From assembly GCA_950097015.1 (NCBI GenBank), contig CATNEN010000025.1, forward strand, positions 7,316,001 to 7,380,000: a stretch of DNA of 64,000 nt. Reading direction: 5' to 3'. Of the stretch, positions 21,708 through 33,297 are shown piece after piece (positions within the stretch are counted from its first letter, which is position 1; every line of letters starts with the position of its first letter). Source of the DNA: Macrostomum hystrix. Taxonomy: Eukaryota; Animalia; Platyhelminthes. The translations under genes were made by a program, and so were the position numbers. Below the pieces are notes generated by a model that did no database searches, was not told the origin of the DNA, and was given only the letters and a program-made list of their open reading frames with translations.

Positions 21708-24083
21708 CTGTTTGAGGCTCGCCCAGTCGACGAATGCCCCCGCGGCACCCCTCTCGCACTCGGCGCCCAGGCCAGCCAGGCAGGCCTTCAGCTGCTGCAG
21801 CTGCGCCTCCTCGCGCGAATCCCAAAGATCCGCCGGACCCTTGTCGGATCTTGTCGTCGTCTTGTCGGCTGACCCGACTGGCGTGGAGAATACCGACGTA
21901 TTTTCATCGTCGTCTTTGTCTTCGTTGGCGATGGCACCATCGTCATCAGAGTCACCCGAGGAGGCTGAAAAAAAACTATTTTTTCTGATATGCTGATATG
22001 CAGTATTTACCCGAAATCTACTTATGTAAGTATGTAAGTAGTCTGTAAGAAATATTGTTAAGAAAATGTTTCGCAATGAAAAATATAACTACTTGTATAC
22101 AATCTGACAGGTGTACAATCTGACATGTGTACGAGTACAATCTGACAGGTGTACAATCTGACAGGTGTACACTCTGACAGGAGTACAATCTGACAGGTGT
22201 AAAATCTGAAGCTTAGCAACGGAGTAGAATGCATTAGTCAAACCTGATTGAGTTCTCCGGTTGAGCTTATTTGAGTCGGTTGACTTTCCCTGAGTACAGC
22301 TTGGTGGATAAAAAACTGACTGAAATGAGATGTGGCTTGAAATTTGGATGCTGACCAGAAGGGTTCCGAATTGCTGCGAGCTTGCCTCAAGGTCTGTGTC
22401 TCGCGCGTCATCAACTAATGTTGATTCCTCTTCGTCAACTTCGACTTTGAGATTTCGCGTCGCCTCCGCCGCGGTGACATCATCGTCTAACGAATGGCGC
22501 GCCGAGTCGCCTACGGATCGTGACGGCGACTCGTCTTCAAGCAAGCTGACAATGCTGGGTAAAGATGGAGACACTTTACAGGGGAGTGACATTAGATGGA
22601 GTGACATTAGATGGAGTGACATTTTTGGGAGTGGCATTTGGCTTATTGGCCCATTTTAGGGAGTGACATTAGAGGGAGTGACATTAGAGGGAGTGACATT
22701 AGAGGGAGTGACATTAGAGGGAGTGACATTAGAGGGAGTGACATTAGAGGGAGTGACATTAGAGGGAGTGACATTAGAGGGAGTGACATTAGAGGGAGTG
22801 ACATTAGAGGGAGTGACATTAGAGGGAGTGACATTAGAGGGAGTGACATTAGAGGGAGTGACATTAGAGGGAGTGACATTAGAGTGAGTGACATTAGAGG
22901 GAGTGACATTAGAGTGAGTGATCGTATCTACCCGTAGTAGCAATGAGACGCACCAGGTTCCATTTGACTGCCTAAAATCGGTTGCAGCGGAAGAGCAGTT
23001 TGAGCTCTCTCGCCGGCCGCTGACCGCAGCCAGCCTGCCGCCGCTGTCTCCGAGGTGAGCCTTGGAAATGATATTTTAAAGAATTTACAAAGATACAATG
23101 CTTACTTATAGCCTTGAATAGGCCCATTGGTCAGTGCTTTCAGCTTATGTTCGATAATATTCATCTCAACGATAATTCAGCTGAAAACGAATCTTAAAAA
23201 TCGATAATCACGTCCTACGAGTTATTGTTCACATGATAATCTTCTATTGTATCTATTGTATCATCTTAACCATCATACCGATAATCTCATCTATCCCGGG
23301 ATAATCTGACGTGTTCTGATAATCTGACCTGATAATCTCATCGGCTCACATAATCTCGCATTCTTGGATAATCTCACTATTTTCTATAATCTCATCTTCT
23401 TCTATAATCTCTTCTTCTTCGATAATCCCATCTTTTTCGTTAATCTCATTATCTTTGATAATCTCTTTATCTTCGATAATCTCATTCACCACCGAAAATT
23501 TCGTATTCTTCAATAATCTCATCTTTTTTGATAATCTTATCCGCCCCGATAATCTCATTTGGCCGGACAATTGCATCTTCTAGATAATCTCAGGACAAGG
23601 ATAAACCTCTCCTCGACCTTCTGTCTGGTAATCGCATTGTGCTACATACCGCAGTAGAGTGAGCATCGCATTGATTAGACAATTGTTTTCTAACCTTGTC
23701 TTATCGAAAGTGCTAGAGAAGAGAAACCTACTTCTCGAACCTTTGAAAAGCGTCGGCCGTTCTGCCAGTCCAGGAGTTCCGTTTGCTGCGCCTGCCGCTG
23801 CGATGGCATGCGGCTGGCTTCCTGACTCTCTGTAGCCCCCTCTTCACCTGCACTTTTTGTGGATGATGTCTGAAATTTTAAACAAATAAATCTACACCGC
23901 TAAATGGCCCTGCTATGCATCTCCAACTCGCTGCTAACTCACATTCCAGCCCGGCTCGGCGCTGTTATCGTGTGTGAGCACTGTTCTCAGCTCTGCTGAT
24001 GAGGCCAAGGCCTGTGCTGACTGATCGCCTATCAGGTCCCGGGCCCGACTGCCAAGGCTCTGGAGCACGTCCGAGTGCAGATT
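21708..24083 (-). CDS. Dystrophin-family protein, middle exons 24083..23943, 23869..23741, 23060..22954, 22554..22356, 22289..22244, 21964..21708
   Basis: Six GC-rich islands between repeat arrays, each bounded by AG/GT (one GC donor), stop-free and phase-compatible in series (0-0-0-2-0-1-0). The peptides are low-complexity and acidic, so identity rests on continuity with the downstream exons. Confidence 0.7.
22575..22920. repeat. 15-bp minisatellite (an 18-bp array also lies at 22095-22210)
   Basis: gggagtgacattaga near-perfect; tacaatctgacaggtg variants. Confidence 0.95.
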
Positions 24084-24840
24084 CTGGAAATCACTGCCTT
24101 TGATAATCTCCCCTCTTCGATAATCTCCCGTCTTAGATAGTCTCCCCTTTTCAATAATCTCCTCTCTTCAATAATATTCTCTCTTCGATAATATCCTCTC
24201 TTCGATAATCTCATCTCTTCGATAATCTCCCGTCTTAGATAATCTCAACTTTTCGATAATCTCATCTCTTCGATAATCTCCCGTCTTAGATAATCTCCCC
24301 TTTTCGATAATATCCTCTCTTCGATAATCTACTCTCTTCGATAATCTCATCTCTTCGATAATCTCATCTTTTCGATAATCTCATCTCTTCGATAATCTAC
24401 TCTCTTCGATAATCTACTCTCTTCGATAATCTACTCTCTTCGATAATCTACTCTCTTCGATAATCTCCCGTCTTAGATAATCTCTCCTTTTCGATAATCT
24501 TCTCTCTTCAATAATCTGCCCTCTTAGAAAATTTCCTCATTTCGATTATCTAACCTCTTCTATAATCTACCTTTTTTATAATCTCCCCTATTTGAATATC
24601 TGCTCTCTTCGATAATCTCCCATTTTCGATAATCTCCCATTTTCGATTATCTCCCATTTTCGATTATCTCCCATTTTCGATAATCTCCCATTTTCGATTA
24701 TTTCCCATTTTCGATTATCTCCTATTTTCGATAATCTCCCACATTCGATTATCTCCTATTTTCGATAATCTCCCACATTCGATTATCTCCTATTTTCGAT
24801 AATCTCCCACATTCGATTATCTCCCGTTTTCGATTATCCC
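23270..24840. repeat. Degenerate ~18-19-bp tcgataatctc arrays (23270-23590 and 24100-24840) flanking two exons
   Basis: Recurring ttcgataatctc/ttcgattatctc core. Confidence 0.9.
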
Positions 24841-25104
24841 AGTCCTAAATAGTCTATATTTAACTCTTTTCTGTTTTTAGATAATTTGTTTTCGTTGATA
24901 AATTCTCATTTCTTTTTATCGCTTTCTCGGATAGCTCCATCTCCTTAATACTATTTAGTTGATTTACTTCTAAAATATATTTTCTATGAACAGCCTCATT
25001 TCCTAGATAATAATGTATACTTCTCAATAATCTCCATGTAATAAGCTGGAGGCAAAACAATGCACAAGCTGATGGCCAGGAAATCTGAGCTGCTAACACA
25101 ATAC

Positions 25105-26761
25105 TCTGCGGTAATCCAGGGATGAGGATTCAGATGCTGGGACCCTGGCATGTTGTCTGCGTTTAGGACTGCAAATAACCCAGAAAAACTACTGGGCCTC
25201 CATCCAACCCAAAAGTCATCGGGATTCAACATGAGACCATTCTTAACGGGGGATCCTTCCCAATTTGGCTTAAGCATGCTCACGCTCGATTTCTGAGTCC
25301 GCGCAGGCACTGCCCGGCCGTGCTCAGACGCCGGCCGGATGACTGCTCATCGGTCTCAGCTTTTCCCGCTGCCGCCGCCCCCTACCCCCCAGTAACCCTT
25401 CCTGTCTCATCCGGAATCTGCGCTGTGCGAATTCCACAGCGACTCATAGTAGTTAAAGTACTAAATTCTCGTTTAGCCTTTACTTCTCGTTTTACTTCCG
25501 CTGTGCCAAGACAATGGAACACTTACTTGCCTCAGATATTATACCCGCCCGACTTGCCATTCACTTAACTTCCCACTCTAAAGACTTCAGAGCCCAAAAC
25601 TTCCTAATCCATTAAGTTACCACTCACGAAACTTCCCACTCACTAAACATCCCAATCAATAAACTTCCCATTTTATAAACTTCGCAATCCATAAACTTCC
25701 AAATCCATAAACTTCCAAATCCATAAACTTCCTAATCCATAAAATTCCTAATTCATAAACCTCCTAAGCCATAAACTTCGAAATCCATAAACTTCCTAAT
25801 CCATAAACTTCCTAGTCCATAAACTTCGAAATCCATAAACTTCCTAATCCATAAACTTCCTAATCCATTAAGTTACCACTCACGAAACTTCCCACTCACT
25901 AAACATCCCAATCAATAAACTTCCCATTTTATAAACTTCGCAATCCATAAACTTCCAAATCCATAAACTTCCAAATCCATAAACTTCCTAATCCATAAAA
26001 TTCCTAATCCATAAACCTCCTAAGCCATAAACTTCGAAATCCATAAACTTCCTAATCCATAAACTTCCTAGTCCATAAACTTCGAAATCCATAAACTTCC
26101 TAATCCATAAACTTCCTAATCCATTAACTTCCAAATACATAAACTTCCTAATCCATTAACTTCCAAATACATAAACTTCCTAATCCATTAACTTCCAAAT
26201 ACATAAACTTCCTAATCCATTAACTTCCAAATACATAAACTTCCTAATCCATTAACTTCCAAATACATAAACTTCCTAATCCATAAACTTCGCAATCCAT
26301 AAACGTTTTAATCCACAGACCTATTAGCTAGTAAGCGCCTTATAATGAACTCGGCATTTCCACAGCTCCCAGCCGCGCACTCACACATCGCATGTAGTTG
26401 GCGGCGTTGTTAATGAAAGTCGTCAGCTTTGCTGAAGGCAGCATTAGGTTTTGGAATTTACAATTTAATTCAGAGTGTGGGATTTCCAGGCAGGTTACCA
26501 GCTGTTTGTAGTGAGTGACAAAGCCCACTTACGCCGAACGCTGTGAAAGCCAGGTTCTCACTATATTTATAATCGGCATATGTCCTTGCTGTTTTATTGC
26601 TGTCTGCAGTCAGGCTGCCCCAAGCCACTCTAATCGGACCAGAAGAAGTAAGAAGCGGTTCTGTCTTCAGCATCAGCAGCCAATCCGACTGAGAAGCTAC
26701 ACTGATATGAGATAGTGTTTTTGCTCCAAGACAGACAATATCTGAGCTGTATTTGTGTGCT
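25105..26761 (-). CDS. Dystrophin-family protein, putative upstream exons 26761..26533, 26501..26385, 25381..25284, 25168..25105; true 5' end unresolved
   Basis: Phase-compatible chain with strong donors (gtaagt, gtgagt, gtgagc). SDWLLMLKTEPLLTSSGPI loosely resembles the dystrophin spectrin-repeat WLQLKDDELSRQAPI. The model needs a 31-nt intron and an atypical G-rich acceptor at 25382. Confidence 0.45.
25565..26310. repeat. 16-bp minisatellite containing a 256-bp duplication
   Basis: ataaacttcctaatcc; the variant block attaagttaccactcacg occurs at 25611 and 25867. Confidence 0.93.
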
Positions 26762-27034
26762 CTGCAATATTCCCACAAGTGGGATGCTTGAGATGGGACG
26801 GAATGGGATAATACATTGCTTAATATCGGCTGGCTATTGCGCTTAGCTACTAACTGGCGGAGCCGAGATTCAGCGCTGGTTCTGCACTTTTATAATTGCA
26901 TTTGTTATATGCAGATCTGGGTGCCCATTTTCTGCCTGCGATACAGTTTAGCTTTCGAATGATACCAATGTTCGAAATGTCGAAACAAGTGCAGGTTCCG
27001 TGCGACCGATATGGAGGCCAAAGGCCATGCCGTC

Positions 27035-27450
27035 TCGAAAGGGGGTCACCATCAATGTGGAGAGGGGGTCAACTGCCCTCCCTTCACAAAGAGGAGTCAA
27101 GAAGGATATGAAGAGAGGGGGTCAACTGCCCTTCCTTCAAAAATAAGATTTAAAAGGGATGTGAAGAGAGGGGGTCAACTGCCCCCCTCACAAAGAGGAG
27201 TCAAGAAAGATGTTATGAGAGGGGGTCAACTGCCCTCCCTTCATAAAAGAAAGTCAAGAAGGATGTGAAGAGCGGGGGTCAACTGCCCTCCCTTTATAAA
27301 GGGGGTCAAGTAAGACATGGAGAGGGGGGTCGAATGCCCTCTCTTTATAAAGGGGGTCAAGTAGGACATGGAGAGGGGGTCGAATACCCTCCCTTCATAA
27401 AGGGGGTCAAGTAGGATATGGAGAGGGGAGTCAAATGTGTCACCCTTTAT
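27035..27450. repeat. Degenerate ~55-bp G-rich repeat
   Basis: gagaggggg(g)tcaactgccctccct(t)cataaa... recurring. Confidence 0.85.
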
Positions 27451-28094
27451 ATGCAAATAAGTTAAAATAAAATTGCAAATTGTTAAAGTTTTGTGCATTA
27501 GCCACGAGGTTTACGGACCCATATCAAAGCACTGTTTTAACAATGGCTTGGCCCATAAGTTACAGTCAGAGGTGATTTAAAAAATGAGGCGAGCAAATAA
27601 ATAAGCACAGAGAGTAAATATGGGTCTGAGAGCTTATGATCGGCGTGAGTCAATCAGGGCATTGCTAAATAATTGCCTTCTGTTTTATACAAAATACACA
27701 AATACTCAACCCTATAGGCCCCTCTACAAAATGAAACTTGTTCCTTACGTCCCTTAATATTTCTCTATTTCGAAATTATTCTAAGTGATTAGTCACAATT
27801 ATCTTAACACCTTATATCGTAAAAATCACTGTTGAGTACATGCGTCAGTAACGAGCTAAAATCGGCCAAAAATACTTCAGGCCTACTAATAGTAAGGCAA
27901 TTAGTGCAGCCAACTAATTTTAACTTGCATTCAAACTATTCTCTAGATATCCTTCAAGGGTTCATTTTCATTAGGAAATCGAATGGGTAAAGTAGTTTTC
28001 GAGTCTTCAACTGCTTCATTTATCTCGAGGCACCTTAAACCCGCATTTCAAATATTCGATTTGAATCTGCATTTTACATTCTTCAAAACAATTG

Positions 28095-30235
28095 GCCCGA
28101 CTTCCCATTAAACTTCCCATTCCCTAAACTTCCCATTCTGTTAAGTCCCCATTCTGTAAACTCCCCATTCCCTAAACTTCCCATTCCGTTAACTTCCCAT
28201 TCCGTTAACTTCCCATTCCATAAACTTCCCATCATAAACTCCCCATTCCCTAAACTTCCCATTCCGTTAACTTCCCATCATAAACTTCCCATTCCATAAA
28301 CTTCCCATCATAAACTTCCCATTCCCTAAAACTTCCCATTCCCTAAACTTCCTATTCCCTAAACTTCCCATTCCCTAAACTTCCTATTCCCTAAAACTTC
28401 CCATTCCCTAAACTTCCCATTCCCTAAACTTCCCATTCCCTAAACTTCCTATTCCCTAAACTTCCCATTCCCTAAAACTTCCCATTCCCTAAAACTTCCC
28501 ATTCCCTAAACTTCCTATTCCCTAAACTTCCCATTCCCTAAAACTTCCCATTCCCTAAACTTCCCATTCCCTAAACTTCCTATTCCCTAAACTTCCCATT
28601 CCCTAAAACTTCCCATTCCCTAAACTTCCCATTCCCTAAAACTTCCCATTCCCTAAACTTCCTATTCCCTAAACTTCCCATTCCCTAAACTTCCCATTCC
28701 CTAAACTTCCTATTCCCTAAACTTCCCATTCCCTAAACTTCACATTCCCTAAACTTCCCATTCCCTAAACTTCCCATTCCCTAAACTTCCCATTCCCTAA
28801 ACTTCCCATTCCCTAAACTTCCCATTCCCTAAAACTTCCCATTCCCTAAACTTCCCATTCCCTAAACTTCCTATTCCCTAAACTTCCCATTCCCTAAACT
28901 TCCTATTCCCTAAACTTCCCATTCCCTAAACTTCACATTCCCTAAACTTCCCATTCCCTAAACTTCCTATTCCCTAAACTTCCCATTCCCTAAACTTCCC
29001 ATTCCCTAAACTTCCCATTCCCTAAAACTTCCCATTCCCTAAACTTCCCATTCCCTAAACTTCCTATTCCCTAAACTTCCTATTCCCTAAAACTTCCCAT
29101 TCCCTAAACTTCCCATTCCCTAAACTTCCTATTCCCTAAAACTTCCCATTCCCTAAACTTCCCATTCCCTAAACTTCCCATTCCCTAAAACTTCCCATTC
29201 CCTAAACTTCCCATTCCCTAAACTTCCCATTCCCTAAAACTTCCCATTCCCTAAACTTCCCATTCCCTAAACTTCCTATTCCCTAAACTTCCTATTCCCT
29301 AAACTTCCCATTCCCTAAACTTCCCATTCCCTAAAACTTCCTATTCCCTAAACTTCCCATTCCCTAAACTTCCCATTCCCTAAAACTTCCTATTCCCTAA
29401 ACTTCCCATTCCCTAAAACTTCCCATTCCCTAAACTTCCCATTCCCTAAAACTTCCCATTCCCTAAACTTCCCATTCCCTAAACTTCACATTCCCTAAAC
29501 TTCCCATTCCCTAAACTTCCCATTTCTTAAACTTCCCATTCCTAAACTTCCCATTCCGTAAACTCCTCATTCCCTAAACTTCCCATTCCCTAAACTTCCC
29601 ATTTCCTATACTTCTCATTCTGTAAACTTCCCATTCCATAAACTTCCCATGTCCTAAACTTCCCATTCCGTTAACTTCCCATTCCATAAACTTCCCATTC
29701 CCAAAACTTCCCATTCCCTAAACTTCCCATTTCCTAAACTTCACATTCCCTAAACTTCCCATTCCCTAAATTTCCCATTCCCTAAACTTCCTATTCCCTA
29801 AACTTCCCATTCCCTAAACTTCCTATTCCCTAAACTTCCCATTCCCTAAACTTCCCATTCCCTAAAACTTCCCATTCCCTAAACTTCCCATTCCCTAAAC
29901 TTCCCATTTCCTAAACTTCACATTCCCTAAACTTCCCATTCCCTAAACTTCCCATTCCCTAAACTTCCCATTTCCTAAACTTCCCATTCCCTAAACTTCC
30001 CATTCCCTAAACTTCCCATTTCCTAAACTTCACATTCCCTAAACTTCCCATTCCCTAAACTTCCCATTTCCTAAACTTCACATTCCCTAAACTTCCCATT
30101 TCCTAAACTTCCCATTTCCTATACTTCTCATTCTGTAAACTTCCCATTCCATAAACTTCCCATTCCGTAAACTTCCCATTCCTTAAACTTCCCATTCCAT
30201 AAACTTCCCATTCCGTAAACTCCTCATTCCCTAAA
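28095..30235. repeat. 16/17-bp minisatellite, 2.1 kb, related to the 25565 array
   Basis: ccctaaacttcccatt. Confidence 0.97.
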
Positions 30236-30489
30236 CATGCAAAACCAATACTACAGTAACCAGATTTATTGTGTTAATCATTAATAGTAAATGGCCTTGA
30301 CCCCTTAGTCATTGGAAAGCCCTGCAGCTGACTTGAGATAAAATCACTGCATTAAAGAAACTGACTAGGCCAATTGAGATTTAAATAGACTAAACTAACG
30401 ACAAAGCAAGAAAGAAATCGCTGCCGCAGTAAAAATATTGCAGAGAGTAAAGATCATGTAAATAGATTCTGCGGAGACTAGTACAAACC

Positions 30490-30740
30490 CCAAGGTTCCT
30501 GAGCTCGATTCCGCGGCGAGGCCACGTTTAATTGAGGCGCAGCCGCGGAGCTTGGGGGCTTGTCGTGCAATTTACGGCCTTGAGGCCCAACCTCCAAGGC
30601 ACAGTGAGAGTGTACACTGCCCGACGATGAGAAAGTCAGGGGCACAGCTGGCAATCTTTCATTCTGTGACGGCACACCCTACAGGTTCATTATAAGTATA
30701 AAGAACATTATAAACATTATAACTTACATTATAAGTAAAA
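30490..30740 (+). mobile_element. SINE family 2, 5'-truncated copy with (CATTATAA)-like tail
   Basis: CAAGGTTCCTGAGCTCGATTCCGCGGCGAGGCC...GGGGGCTTGTCGTGCAATTTAC...CTCCAAGGCACAGTGAGAGTGTACACTGCC matches 47165-47310. Confidence 0.7.
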
Positions 30741-30854
30741 TACGATGCACTTGGATTGTAATAACTGTCAGCTATAAGCACTGTTAGTGCAGTTGCACCA
30801 ATAATCAATAGATGTTACCAGTGCCTCTGCCTCGAGAGGCACTGGTAACGAGAG

Positions 30855-32960
30855 AACCCGAGAGATTAGATGGGAGAGATAAGACAGGGGAGAGATTAGA
30901 TGGGAGAGATGAGACAGGGGAGAGATTAGATGGGAGAGATGAGATAGGGGAGAGATTAGATGGGAGAGATAAGACAGGGGAGAGATTAGATGGGAGAGAT
31001 TAGATAGGGGAGAGATTAGATGGGAGAGATTAGATAGGGGAGAGATTAGATGGGAGACATGAGACAGGGGAGAGATTAGATGGGAGAGATTAGATAGGGG
31101 AGAGATTAGATGGGAGAGATAAGACAGGGGAGAGATTAGATGGGAGAGATTAGATAGGGGAGAGATTAGATGGGAGACATGAGACAGGGGAGAGATTAGA
31201 TGGGAGAGATTAGATGGGAGAGATTAGATAGGGGAGAGTAGATGGGAGAGATTAGATAGGGGAGAGTAGATGGGAGAGATTAGATAGGGGAGAGATGAGA
31301 CACGGAGTGAAATCTGAAGGGCCAAGGAGTGTGTTTTAGGAACTTTGGGAGCTTTAGATTACCAACCGCAACCGCAATTATTAAACTTCCCTGAACTAAG
31401 GAGTAAGAGAACTCTTAAATTCTAGCAAAAACATCAAGTCGCGTCTCCCAAGGTGCCCTGGAAAAGTAAACTAAACGGTGCAGTGACCTTTGTAGAAAGT
31501 CACGAACAACTCATGTACAGTTTTTTGGATTGGTAGTTACTTAGATATCAAAGTATGAAATAATTAATTAGATATCTTTGCTTCCAAAACTCGTTCGTAC
31601 AGCTTGAATTTAACTCGGATTTCTGAAAAGCTTATTCCAAAATGTGCGCGAGCAGCCGGCGACAGAGTGGCCCCAAGTGTACATTCGATTGCGTCAATAA
31701 TTCGACCCCTATATATAAGCTTGTTACGATTGGCCAGAGCGAAAATCACTTTCCAAAACTTCACTGCACCCACCCCATCATAAAAAGAAAGAATATAATT
31801 CCACATTATGTTTTTTTATTTCAGAACACGGTTTTTAGAACACAGAATGAAACCATGAAAACAGTAACAAAATATTTTGATCGCGTCTCGTCTACCGCGT
31901 ACTATATCTAGTTCTTATCAATTACAAAAATAGTAAATATTTCGTAAATAAAGCTTGTACCATAGACACGAATAAAATACATAGAAAATTTACTGCAGAC
32001 AGCTGAAACTGAACAAGACAATGTTAGAGCAAGAGAAAAAACTGTAGAACAAAATGAAATTTCCAATCCCTTAAGCAAAAAATGGGAAGCGATAAGAGTA
32101 CAACAGCCAGACAAAACTGAAAATGGGTTTTTAGCTAAGACACGAATAATAGGAGGAGAAAGATAAGGAGAGGTATCAGAGATATGAGATATGAGAGATT
32201 ATGAGAGATAAGAGAGATATGAGAGATATGAGAGATAAGAGAGATATGAGAGATAAGAGAGATATGAGAGATAAAAGATATGAGAGATATGAGAGATATG
32301 AGAGATATGAGAGATATGAGAGATAATGAGAGATATGAGAGATAATGAGAGATAAGAGATATGAGAGATATGAGAGATATGAGAGATATGAAAGATAATG
32401 GGAGATATGAGAGATATGAGAGATATGAGAGATAAGAGAGATATGAGAGATAATGAGAGATAAGAGAGATAAAAGATATGAGAGATATGAGAGATATGAG
32501 AGATATGAGAGATAAGAGATATGAGATATGAGAGATAAGAGATATGAGATATGAGAGATAAGAGAGATATGAGAGATATGAAAGATAATGGGAGATATGA
32601 GAGATATGAGAGATATGAGAGATAATGAGAGATATGAGATATGAAAGATATGAGAGATATGAGAGATAATGAGAGATATGAGAGATATGAGAGATAATGA
32701 GAGAAATGAGATATAATGAGAGATGAGAGAGAAATGAGACATAAGAGAGATGAAAGATAATGAGAGATATGAGAGATAATGAGGGAAATGAGATATAATG
32801 AGAGATGAGAGAGAAATGAGAGATAAGAGAGATGAAAGATATGAGAGATATGAGAGATAATGAGAGATAATGAGAGATATGAGAGATAATGAGAGATAAT
32901 GAGAGATATGAGAGATAATGAGAGGAATGAGAGATAATGAGAGATGAGAGACAAGCAGAG
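30855..32960. repeat. Two purine-rich arrays: 17/34-bp (30855-31310) and ~10-bp gagagatat(g) (32160-32960)
   Basis: gggagagattagat/gggagagataagacag; atgagagat. Confidence 0.92.
31690..31735. promoter_or_regulatory. Candidate core promoter (TATA + CCAAT + C/EBP-CRE-like site); could serve the dystrophin-like gene
   Basis: cctatatataagc 31708-31720, attgg 31729-31733, attgcgtcaat 31688-31698. Motif clustering only, no expression data. Confidence 0.25.
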
Positions 32961-33297
32961 ATATGATAGGATGCACCACTGGCAAAAGTACAAGTCGAAT
33001 AGATGTTTTTGAAATACTGAGACTGGGAAAACTCACCTGGCTATTTTTAAGTTATGAGAAGCCAATAAAAATTAGACTGCATTTGTAGGTAAATAATAAA
33101 AAATGGTAATGCCAGAAATGTGTAGCGAAGCGCTTGCAATTTACAAAACTATACAAGAATGGGACACATTGAGCACAGGACAGACATTAATAGAAGTCAT
33201 AATTATAAAATTATGATTATAAAATCTTGATACACGGTACAAGAAGCGATGACAAGATGGTCACAGCTGACAATGCGTGCTGTCCTTACCACTAAGG

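Noticed and set aside
23996-24012. CTGATGAGGCCAAGGCC, a hammerhead-like start
   Set aside because: No GAAA follows the stem, and it is the antisense of a coding exon.
28095-30235. CCCTAAA motif suggesting interstitial telomeric repeat
   Set aside because: It is only part of a 16-bp unit, never in direct tandem, and animals of this type use TTAGGG.
31564-31806. 80-aa minus-strand ORF with protein-like composition
   Set aside because: It starts at a non-ATG codon, has no recognisable motif or convincing splice link, and overlaps promoter-like motifs.
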